Positions 14,936 through 22,969 of a DNA stretch of 46,511 nt are shown here, one piece after another (position 1 is the stretch's first letter; each line of letters begins with the position of its first letter). The stretch comes from Actinomycetota bacterium (GTDB lineage: Bacteria > Actinomycetota > UBA4738 > HRBIN12). The position numbers were made by a program, and so were the translations under genes. The stretch is taken from positions 1 to 46,511 of the forward strand of contig DATLZM010000016.1 in assembly GCA_035573995.1 (NCBI GenBank), in the 5' to 3' direction. The notes beneath the pieces are model-generated. The model worked only from the letters and a program-made list of their open reading frames with translations, made no database searches and was not told the origin of the DNA.

Positions 14936-16013
14936 GGCAGGCCACCCCCGCGACGTGGCGCGGGCCGCCGTGCTCCGAGCAGGTGGGCTCGGCGACCTGG
15001 TCTTCGCGCTGCCCGCCCTCGAGGCGCTCCGCTCGCGCTTCCCGGGAACCGAGATCGTGCTGCTGGGCGCGCCCTCCCACGCGGAGATCCTCGGGCCTCG
15101 GGGGACGCCGGTCGACCGCGTCGAGGTCGTGCCGCCCTGGCCGGGCCTGCGAGAGGAGCCCGGCGCGATCCCGGACCCGCGCGATCAGGCGGCGTTCCTC
15201 TCGCGGATGCGGCGAGAGCGGTTCGACGTCGCCGTACAGCTCCACGGAGGCGGCCGGCGTTCGAACCCGTTGGTACGCAGCCTGGGGGCGAGGTTGACGG
15301 TGGGCCTTCGGAGCCCCGACGCACCCGAGCTCGACCGATGGGTCCCGTACGTGTACCACCAGCACGAGGTGCTCCGGGGCCTCGAGGTGGTGGCGCTCCT
15401 CGGCGCGCGGCCCCGCTCCCTTCTACCGCGCCTCTCCCCCACCCCGACCGAGATCGAGGCCTCCCGGAGGCTCGTGTCGGAGGGGGATCCCATCGCCGTC
15501 CTCCACCCTGGCGCGGGCGATCCCAGGCGGCGGTGGCCCCCGGAGGGATTCGCGCAGGTGGGCGACCGCCTCGCCGAACTCGGGGCGCAGGTCGTCGTCA
15601 TCGGGACGGCGCCCGAGGCGGGGGTGGCCGCCCGGGTGGCAGCCGCGATGCGACGGCCCGCATCGACCCTGGCGGGACGCCTGTCCCTGCCCGCACTCCT
15701 CGGGCTCCTGGCCAGGGCTCGACTGGTCGTCTCCAACGACAGCGGTCCGCTCCACCTCGCAGCAGCCCTCGGTACACGGACCGTCGGCATCTACTGGTGC
15801 GGCAACCTGATAAACGCTGGGCCGCTCGCCACCGCGCGCCACCGGCCGGTCGCCTCCTGGCGCCTCACCTGCCCCACCTGCGAGGCGAGCTGCCTCCACG
15901 GATCGTGCGCTCACCGCGGATCGTTCGTCGCGGACGTGCGACCGCAGGACGTCCTGGCCGAGGCCCTCGACCTGTGGAACGGACCGGGTGTAGGGGACCC
16001 CGGGAAGGGGTAA
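14928..16013 (+). CDS. glycosyltransferase family 9 (heptosyltransferase) paralog 3
   Basis: ORF 14928..16013 (TTG start overlapping the upstream stop; the start could be slightly later). AVLRAGGLGDLVFALPALEAL, HPGAGDPRRRWP, VSNDSGPLHLAAALGT. C-terminal CPTCEASCLHGSCAH. Confidence 0.85.
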   Translation: MAEAGHPRDVARAAVLRAGGLGDLVFALPALEALRSRFPGTEIVLLGAPSHAEILGPRGTPVDRVEVVPPWPGLREEPGAIPDPRDQAAFLSRMRRERFDVAVQLHGGGRRSNPLVRSLGARLTVGLRSPDAPELDRWVPYVYHQHEVLRGLEVVALLGARPRSLLPRLSPTPTEIEASRRLVSEGDPIAVLHPGAGDPRRRWPPEGFAQVGDRLAELGAQVVVIGTAPEAGVAARVAAAMRRPASTLAGRLSLPALLGLLARARLVVSNDSGPLHLAAALGTRTVGIYWCGNLINAGPLATARHRPVASWRLTCPTCEASCLHGSCAHRGSFVADVRPQDVLAEALDLWNGPGVGDPGKG

Positions 16014-16058
16014 CCACGAGCCGTGAGGCAAGGGGACCGGACGGCGAGCGCGGCCGGG

Positions 16059-16319
16059 ATGGTGGTCCGCGTGATCGAGCTCGTCGGGAGCTCCGAGCGG
16101 TCCTTCACCGACGCGGTGCGGCGAGCCGTGCGCCCCGCGTCCGGATGCCTCCCGGGGATCGTCGGCGTGGAGGTCGTATCCGCCACGGCCGACGTGGGCG
16201 GGGAGGGGGGCGTTTCCCTGTTCAAGGTGACTTGCAGGGTCGCCTATGAAGGCGAGGGGGGAGGCCTCCCGAGGACCCCCTCGGCCTCGTCGTCTGGGGG
16301 GAGGCCGCGCCACGATTAG
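16059..16319 (+). CDS. dodecin-family (flavin-binding) protein with an atypical C-terminal tail
   Basis: MVVRVIELVGSSERSFTDAVRRAV...GIVGVEVV...FKVTCRVAY fits the dodecin pattern. About 21 extra Gly/Ser/Pro/Arg residues follow the core. Confidence 0.7.
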   Translation: MVVRVIELVGSSERSFTDAVRRAVRPASGCLPGIVGVEVVSATADVGGEGGVSLFKVTCRVAYEGEGGGLPRTPSASSSGGRPRHD

Positions 16320-17154
16320 GGCGATGGCTTTGTCGAACATCTTCGTCGTCGGCAGCGGGTCGCCAGGCCGCGATGATCGAGAGGGTCCCCCCGCCGCGCA
16401 CCGTGTGGATCGCGTCGGTGAGGGCCGTCAGCCGTCCGAACCGGAGCGCTCGGCGACCGGCTTCCCATCGCCTCCGGCAGCCAGGAGGGGATCCGCTGCC
16501 CCACCTTGGCCAGCGGGTTGCCGTGAGCCTCCATCCCCACGGCGTCGATGACGCCGTCCGGGCCGCCGGCCGTCGGTCTGGTCGGTCAGGTGCGGGGATG
16601 TCCTCCACGACGCTCGCGTCCACGGTCTCGACCCCGTGCCGCTGCGTCCGCAGGCGGTCCAGGAGCAGGTCCACGCCGAACACGGCCCGACCGGCCCGTA
16701 GAGGGCCGTAGAGTCGCCTATCCGGGCGTCCGCGTGCTGGGACGCCTGTCAGCCGGTGGGGAGGACGTCGGAGAGGTAGACGAACTGGTCTTCCGGCTGG
16801 CCCCTCTGGCAGGCGCAGGAACTCGGCCTCGCCGCCGGGAAGCAGCCAGAGCTTCGTGTAGCCGAAGAGCGACGCCCCTGCGCCGGGGCCTTGGGTGGTC
16901 TCGCACTCGAGTAAAGCCCGCGTCCGGAGACGTTGAAGGGGATCATGCAGTCCCGGGGCCGGATGCGTCCCGCGGCCTCGGGGCCGACCTCCTCGACGAC
17001 CCCATCGGCTCGTCGCCCAGGATCTCGCCCGGGCTCGAGGAACGCGGAGAGCAGTCGTGGAGGTGCAGTCGGAGCCACAGACGTTCGTTCTGGTATTCGG
17101 ACGATCGCGTCGTTCGATCTCCGGATCGCCCCGGCGTCCTCTACGCCCGACCAC
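16310..17154 (-). pseudogene. frameshifted, truncated zinc-dependent alcohol/formaldehyde dehydrogenase (MDR family) remnant
   Basis: MDR-like segments are scattered over three minus-strand frames. These are ICGSD-like NVCGSD, CETTQ..LFGYTKL..PGGEAEFLRLP and AIHTVRGGGTLSII (ORF 16222..17154); GVVEEVGPEAAGRIRP..IPFNVS (ORF 16749..17078); GMEAHGNPLAKVGQRI (ORF 16316..16540); and MFDKAIALI (start of ORF 15423..16340). Both the N- and C-termini are missing. Confidence 0.65.
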
Positions 17155-19297
17155 CGAGGACCCCGATCGCCTCCTCCAGCGTCGCCACGCCCCGGATCGT
17201 CAGGTCCTCAGGATCCAGCCCGCCGACACCCCCGGCGGGGACGAGGAGGATGTCCGCACCGGAGGCCCGGGCCGACTCTGCCTTGGCCGCCAGGCCGCCG
17301 ACCGGGCCGACGTCGCCCTCCAGGTCGACCGTCCCGGTCGCGGCCACCACCCGTCCCCCTGCCAGGTCCGCCGGATCGAGGAGATCCGCGATCAGCAGCG
17401 CGTACACGAGCCCCCCGCTCGGCCCGGCGACCTCCGGCCGCTCAGGGAACGACACGTGGAACGGGAGGTCGACCGAGAGCCCCCGCGTGTCGAGGAGCAC
17501 GCCGAGGCCCACGAACGACTGCCCCCCGGAAGTGACCCTGGCCGTCCTCACCGCGACGCGCCTCCGCGTGTCGGCCCGCTCCACCTCCAGGCGGAAGGTG
17601 GTCCCGGCGGGGCTCGAGGTCAGAGGGCCCCGGAGATCGTCCGCCGTGGCGACCGGCCGTCCGTCGATCTCGACGATGACGTCCCCCGGGCGCAGCAGGC
17701 CCTCGGCTGGCGACCCCGCCATGACGTCGACCACGCGGGCCCCCGAGCCCTCCACGGTTACCTCCATCCCGGCGGCGCGGGCGGCCGCCGCGGCGGCGAT
17801 CACCCGGCTCTCCTGGAAGGCCGCGCGCTGGCGCTCCAGCACCCGCTGCGGGGGGACGTCGGAGGGGAGCATGGCTGAGAGCGGCAGCACGTCGCGGTTC
17901 GGATCGAACGCCGCGAGGAGCGCCTCGAGGCCGTTCGGTCGCGAGACCGAGACCGGCGCGACGAGGTACCGGCCCTCGATCGGATCGGTGGGAACGCCCC
18001 GGATGTCGACCGCGTCCGTGACATCGATGGCCGGCGCTGGCTCGACCACCACCACCGGAGGGTGGTAGAGGAAGCCGGCGACCGCGACCATCGCGGCGGC
18101 GACCGCGAGCCACACCAGAAGCCCGGGGCCCCGACGTGGGCGCCCCTCCTCGCTCCGGAGGCGGCGGGCCTCGACCGCCCTCGCCACGTCGGCCGCCGAG
18201 ACGATCCCCGCGACGCGACCATCCTCCACGACGAACACCCGCCCCCGCTCGGCCAGGGCCGGGAGGGCGTCGGCAACGGCGGCATCGGTCGGCACCGTCG
18301 GGAGCTCGGACGCAGGGACCATGGCGTCCCGGACCCGCCGGGCCGACCGTTCCTCTCCCGCCACGGAGCCCGCGCGCCGCAGGGTGATGGCCCCCACCAG
18401 CCGGCCCTCCTCCACGACCGGGTAGGTCGAGTGGCCGCCGGGCCCGGCGGCGACGTCCACGAACCTGGCGAGGTCCATGTCCGGGTCGACGGTCTGGGGG
18501 TCGGGGGTCATCACGTCGGAAACGCGGCGGCCGCGGAAGGCGGCCTGGACGACGGCGGCGGCGGCCTCCGCCTCCGACGCCTGCAGGAGGAACCATCCGA
18601 GCAGCGCCAGCCAGAGCGCGGGGGCCCCCTCCCCGCCAAGGAAGCCGAGCACGGCGACCCCGATCAGCAGCCAGCCGAAGGCGCTCCCCGCCCGGGCCGC
18701 GGCCACCGTGGCGGCGACGAAGCTCCGTTGCCGCCTCCAGAGCCACGACCGCAGCACCCGCCCCCCGTCCAGGGGGAGCGCCGGAACCAGGTTGAACACC
18801 GCCAGGATCAGGTTGATCCGGCCCAGGTGGTCCGCGACGGCCCGCACCGGCACGGGCCACCCGGCACGGGCGGCCACGAGGGACAGGCCGAGGAAGGCCC
18901 CTCCCAGCACGATCGACGTCACCGGTCCCACGACCGTCATCCGGAACTCTGCCCCGGGCGAGCCCGGTGTGCCGGAGAAGCGGGCGACGCCCCCCAGGAG
19001 CCACAGCGTGATCCCCTCCATCCGCACCCCCTGGCGGATCCCCATGAAGGCGTGGGCCAGCTCGTGGAGGAGGATGGAGCCGAAGAAGAGGACGGCCGCG
19101 ACGACCCCCATCGCCAGGTAGGTCCTCGCGGCCAGCCCGGGATGCGTGGCCGGGAACAGCGCCGAGCCGAGCGACCACGCGATCAACGCGAAGATCAGCA
19201 GCCACGACCAGTGCACGCCGATCTCCACGCCCCGCACGCGGAAGAGCCGGATGGAGGACCCCACGCGGAACGGATACCCACGCGACCCCGCCTCCAC
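17141..19297 (-). CDS. fusion protease: M50 site-2-type metalloprotease with CBS pair, TM linker, then PDZ and Lon-C (S16) serine protease domain
   Basis: ORF 17141..19297 (GTG start). HELAH at 19052-19066 and NLVPALPLDGG (M50). Two CBS-like repeats. TM helix LLVWLAVAAAMVAVAGFLY. PDZ (VVDVMAGSPAEGLLRPGDVIVEIDG). Lon-C GPSGGL (Ser codon 17417-19) and GGLAAK (Lys codon 17282-84). Confidence 0.85.
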   Translation of the reverse strand: MEAGSRGYPFRVGSSIRLFRVRGVEIGVHWSWLLIFALIAWSLGSALFPATHPGLAARTYLAMGVVAAVLFFGSILLHELAHAFMGIRQGVRMEGITLWLLGGVARFSGTPGSPGAEFRMTVVGPVTSIVLGGAFLGLSLVAARAGWPVPVRAVADHLGRINLILAVFNLVPALPLDGGRVLRSWLWRRQRSFVAATVAAARAGSAFGWLLIGVAVLGFLGGEGAPALWLALLGWFLLQASEAEAAAAVVQAAFRGRRVSDVMTPDPQTVDPDMDLARFVDVAAGPGGHSTYPVVEEGRLVGAITLRRAGSVAGEERSARRVRDAMVPASELPTVPTDAAVADALPALAERGRVFVVEDGRVAGIVSAADVARAVEARRLRSEEGRPRRGPGLLVWLAVAAAMVAVAGFLYHPPVVVVEPAPAIDVTDAVDIRGVPTDPIEGRYLVAPVSVSRPNGLEALLAAFDPNRDVLPLSAMLPSDVPPQRVLERQRAAFQESRVIAAAAAARAAGMEVTVEGSGARVVDVMAGSPAEGLLRPGDVIVEIDGRPVATADDLRGPLTSSPAGTTFRLEVERADTRRRVAVRTARVTSGGQSFVGLGVLLDTRGLSVDLPFHVSFPERPEVAGPSGGLVYALLIADLLDPADLAGGRVVAATGTVDLEGDVGPVGGLAAKAESARASGADILLVPAGGVGGLDPEDLTIRGVATLEEAIGVLGGRA

Positions 19298-19334
19298 GCC
19301 TGGGCCACCTTCCCCTAGGGGTCGGACCGGGGGT

Positions 19335-19700
19335 TCGCTACGGATCCTCCCCCGAGGTCACGAGGCACCGGGCCTTGCGTTCCGGGCGGGCCGGCGAAGG
19401 GGAGGCCTCCCGTGATCCTGCGGACGGGACGCGGACGTGCGGCTCCCGGAACGGCCGCGGGTCGTGGCCGTCGACAACGCCTCTTCGGACGGGTCCGCCG
19501 GCACGTCGAGCGTCGCTTTCCCGGCGTGCACGTGATGCCCCTCGGCCGGAACCTCGGTGCCGTGGCTCGCACCATCGGGGCCCGGGCGATCGACGCCCGG
19601 TACGCCGCCTTCAGCGACACGACTCCTGGTGGGAACCCGGCACGCCGACCCGCGCCACCTGGACCGGCATGCTCATCGCGGTCGGGAGGCCGCGGAACGT
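19335..19700 (+). pseudogene. frameshifted, 3'-truncated GT2 glycosyltransferase remnant
   Basis: LPERPRVVAVDNASSDGSA in frame 0 (19443-19499, stop at 19533). FPGVHVMPLGRNLGAVARTIGARAIDARYAAFSD in the frame of ORF 19412..20062. DSWWEPG in the frame of ORF 19375..20085. Nothing GT2-like follows ~19700. Boundaries are approximate. Confidence 0.5.
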
Positions 19701-19760
19701 CTCTCGCACCGCGCTACCCGGCGATCCGCAAACACATCGGCGAGACGTACGACACAAGCA

Positions 19761-21272
19761 TCACATCTCCTGCGGGGGCGCGTGGCCGCGCGCGAGGAGG
19801 AAGGCCGAGACGAGCAGCAGGAGGAGGACGAGGCCGCCGCCGACGTACCGCGCCGTCTCCACCCCATGGGGCGCGGACCCCGAGTACGACCCCCACTCGA
19901 AGGACAGCGCCGGCAGGTCCTCGAGCGGGAGCGCGTCGGCGCCGATCGCCAGCTCAAGCCCGTACCCAGGTGCGGCGACGATCTCGACGGGGACCGGCGC
20001 GATCACCCGGCCGCCATCGAGCTCCACCGATCCCAGGCCGTGGGCGACCAGGTCCGTCGTGAAGACCCCGCCGCCCTCCCGGTAGTCGACGCCGTACGCC
20101 ACGCCCCACCACGTGGTCTCGGTGCCGGTCGGGTCCTCGACGAGCGGGCGGTCCACGGAGATCCGGTACGTGTGCCCGTCCGCCGAGACGTGGGCGTCGA
20201 CCACGAGACGGTCGTGGGGCGGGAGCGGCGTCACACGGTTCCCCATGTCCGTCGTGTCGATGCGGATGACTCCCCGACCGACCGCCCCCGTCCCCCCTTC
20301 CACCCGGACCGGGCCCTCCGCGCTGAAGGACGCGCGTACCCCGAGATCCTCCTCGTCGATCGTGGCGCCGGTGATCAGCAGGATCAGCGGGACCAGCGCG
20401 GCGGCGGGAAGCGCTCGCCGGAGCTCCTGGGGGCCCCAGACCCACCGGCTGAACGCGAGGAGGATGCCGACCATCGCGGCTGCGTAGATGGGGAAGCTGA
20501 TCAGCCAGAGCTCCCTGTAGTCGAGCCACCGCACCGTCGCGGGAGGCGGCGCCGGGTCCAGGACCCTGAGCGGCGCGTCCGGGAGGCCGGATGGCCCGAC
20601 GAACTGACCGTAGGCGGCCCAGACGACCGCGAGGAGGATCCCGCCGGCGACCGCGGCGGCGACGTCCCTCCCCACGCCGCTCCACCACCAGAAGAGGATC
20701 GGGACCGTGATCAGGGCCCGGACCACGAACCACGTGACACCCGGGAACTCCTGGAGCGCCAGGCTGGCGGCGCCGCCGGCGACGAGCACGATCACGGCGC
20801 CCACGACGAGCGACGCGGTGCCGAACCACGCCGGCCCCCGCTCCTCCGTCCGGGTAGGTGGACGGCCGGGGACCGCGATCCCCGCCCAGCGCCTCCTCCA
20901 GATCCAGAGCGCGGCCAGGTAGCCGAGGTAGATCACGCCGAAGTGGATCGGGAGTCCGCTGATCCACGTGTGCTCCAGGTCGAGCCAGACCGGGATCGAC
21001 GGGAGGCCGATCGGCGAGAACGTCCAGTAGTAGACTGTGAGGACCAGCGTGTGGACCGCCGTGATGACCGCTCCCCGCCCCTCGCCGACGCCCATCCAGG
21101 CGGTGCCGAGGCCGAACACCGTGAAGATCAGGAAGCTCTTGGTCACCCAGTACGTCCAGTAGGGGTCGTTCTCCCAGGTGAGGCCGTGCCCGATCGCCGC
21201 GTCCGACAGGATGCCGAGGAGCGCGACCGTCCCTGCGAATCGGACCGACTCGTACGGGCCCGGCCTGATCAT
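19761..21272 (-). CDS. polytopic membrane protein of unknown function with a beta-rich extracytoplasmic domain and C-terminal anchor
   Basis: ORF 19761..21272. About 8-9 hydrophobic helices in the first 310 aa, then a ~150-aa soluble segment (HTYRISVDRPLVEDPTGTETTWWGVAYGVDY), then a terminal TM helix. High GC3. I recognise no family. Confidence 0.7.
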   Translation of the reverse strand: MIRPGPYESVRFAGTVALLGILSDAAIGHGLTWENDPYWTYWVTKSFLIFTVFGLGTAWMGVGEGRGAVITAVHTLVLTVYYWTFSPIGLPSIPVWLDLEHTWISGLPIHFGVIYLGYLAALWIWRRRWAGIAVPGRPPTRTEERGPAWFGTASLVVGAVIVLVAGGAASLALQEFPGVTWFVVRALITVPILFWWWSGVGRDVAAAVAGGILLAVVWAAYGQFVGPSGLPDAPLRVLDPAPPPATVRWLDYRELWLISFPIYAAAMVGILLAFSRWVWGPQELRRALPAAALVPLILLITGATIDEEDLGVRASFSAEGPVRVEGGTGAVGRGVIRIDTTDMGNRVTPLPPHDRLVVDAHVSADGHTYRISVDRPLVEDPTGTETTWWGVAYGVDYREGGGVFTTDLVAHGLGSVELDGGRVIAPVPVEIVAAPGYGLELAIGADALPLEDLPALSFEWGSYSGSAPHGVETARYVGGGLVLLLLLVSAFLLARGHAPPQEM

Positions 21273-21321
21273 CGGGGAACGGACCTCATGGAGGCCCTTC
21301 GGGTGAGCGCTCCCCCCACGG

Positions 21322-21804
21322 TCACATCAACTCGCGCGTCTCGCCCGGAGGCGCGACCTCGCCGCGCCACCCCCCGGTCTCGACCCCGCGCTCCTCGATG
21401 AACCCCTTGAACCGCTCGAGGTCGCCCCGGACCCGAGCCTCCACGATCCCGGCGGCGCTTGCGACCTTGGTGGTCACGGAGTCGGGCCGGTACTCCATCC
21501 GGAGCGAGACCTTGGTGCGCCCCCCGTCGATCGGCTGGAAGCGGACCAGGCCCGAGAGGGCGGCGCCCTCGGTCGACGTCCACTCGATCAGCTCGTCCGG
21601 GATCTGCCGCGTGATCTGGGCGGTCCACTCCCGCTTCACCCCGGCGATCTCGGCCACCCAGCGGAGCGACGTGTCGGTGAGCTGCTCGACCCGCTCGACG
21701 CCCTCCATGAAGCGCGGGAACTCCTCGAACTGCGTCCACTGGTTGTACGCGGTCCGTACGGGAACGTCGACGACTACCTCGTGCTCGATGACGTTCGTAT
21801 CCAT
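21322..21804 (-). CDS. SRPBCC / polyketide-cyclase-like (Polyketide_cyc2) domain protein
   Basis: ATG 21804 with GGAGGAGG 7 nt upstream. VVVDVPVRTAYNQWTQFEEFPRFMEGVERVEQL...W.AEI.G..REW.A.I is the typical SRPBCC pattern. Confidence 0.8.
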   Translation of the reverse strand: MDTNVIEHEVVVDVPVRTAYNQWTQFEEFPRFMEGVERVEQLTDTSLRWVAEIAGVKREWTAQITRQIPDELIEWTSTEGAALSGLVRFQPIDGGRTKVSLRMEYRPDSVTTKVASAAGIVEARVRGDLERFKGFIEERGVETGGWRGEVAPPGETRELM

Positions 21805-21893
21805 AGCCGATCCTCCTCCCGTTCCGAGGCCGTCGCACCGACCGCATCCCATCGGGATGCCCGCGATCGATGATTCCCCGGGGTGGGCCTCCG

Positions 21894-22964
21894 CTAACCC
21901 CTCCCCGACCGATGGCGATCACGCACGGGGTAGCCCTCGGAGCACCGAGAGCCCGAGATCGGGTCTTCCCACCGCCCGACCCCTTCCTCCCCGCGATCCG
22001 CATCCGAACGGCGGTTCGAGCCGCGCTGGCCCCCCGACCGGCTCCGCGAGCGGGCGCTCCGCCGGACCCTAGCCGAGAGCGGGCGGGACGATGTCGTGGG
22101 GGGATCGGGCCCAGTCTCGGCGTTCCCCGAGCGGCCGTCCGATCCATAGCCGCCCGCCCTGCCGGAGAACACGAGAGGCGCGTCCACCACCCGCTCGGGA
22201 AGCGTGGTGGCGACCTCCAGGTGGTAGGCGCCCGAAGGGAGGATCCCGCACCCCCCGGCCGTCGCGAGCACCCGGCGCTGGGCCTCCACGTCCTCCCCCA
22301 CGTGCCCTTCCGGGGGCAGCTCGCGCCAGAAGGAGAAGCCCCCGGCGGCGCGGAGCGCGTCGGTGTCGAACAGCACGCACCCCCCCACCCAGGCCACCTT
22401 GTACCGGATCGGCCGCTCCTTCGCGGCCCCGAGCCGCTCGGCGACGTGCGCGACGTTGGCGGCGTTGTGGAGCAGGTGCCGGCGCCAGGCGGGCGTCCCC
22501 GGCTCCACCCGCTCGGGGAGGACGGGCCCCTCCCAGACCTCGAGCTGCCACTCGTGCGGCCGGACGTCCGACAGGTAGCTCGCCCCGATCGGGGCCGAGC
22601 CCACGAACCCGCACCGCTCCTCGAGCAGCACCGCGCGCAGCCGCTCCAGGAGGTCGGGCTCGATGAAAACGTCGTCGTCGAGGAAGAGGCAGGCCCGCCC
22701 CCTCGTCCGATCCAAGAGGAACTGCCGCTGCTGCGCCATGCCCCGCCGGGGCAGGTTCCGGTGGACCTCCACGGGCCGTCCGCCGGCCCGCAGGATCCGC
22801 AGGACTGTCGCCACCTCCGGGCGCTCCCACGCCGGGTGGTCCTCGGTCTGGTCGGAGACGACCAGGCGGAAGTCGCGGAAGGTCTGGGCCGCGACCCCGG
22901 CGAGCGTCACCGCCAGCGCCGTCGGCCGCCGGTACGTGGGGACCAGGATGTCGACCTCGGCCAT
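21894..22964 (-). CDS. GT2 family glycosyltransferase (with ~90-aa low-complexity C-terminal tail)
   Basis: ILVPTYRRPTALAVTLAGVAAQTF, VVSDQ, LFLDDDV (DxD). ATG 22964 lies 5 nt after the hldE stop. Confidence 0.8.
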   Translation of the reverse strand: MAEVDILVPTYRRPTALAVTLAGVAAQTFRDFRLVVSDQTEDHPAWERPEVATVLRILRAGGRPVEVHRNLPRRGMAQQRQFLLDRTRGRACLFLDDDVFIEPDLLERLRAVLLEERCGFVGSAPIGASYLSDVRPHEWQLEVWEGPVLPERVEPGTPAWRRHLLHNAANVAHVAERLGAAKERPIRYKVAWVGGCVLFDTDALRAAGGFSFWRELPPEGHVGEDVEAQRRVLATAGGCGILPSGAYHLEVATTLPERVVDAPLVFSGRAGGYGSDGRSGNAETGPDPPTTSSRPLSARVRRSARSRSRSGGQRGSNRRSDADRGEEGVGRWEDPISGSRCSEGYPVRDRHRSGRG

Positions 22965-22969
22965 CGGCC

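Noticed and set aside
7938-16013. Reading the GT9/GmhA/GmhB genes as an ordinary LPS inner-core locus.
   Set aside because: No Kdo, lipid A or Waa ligase genes are in the window, and the surrounding gene content looks actinobacterial. This cannot be fully excluded without the rest of the genome.
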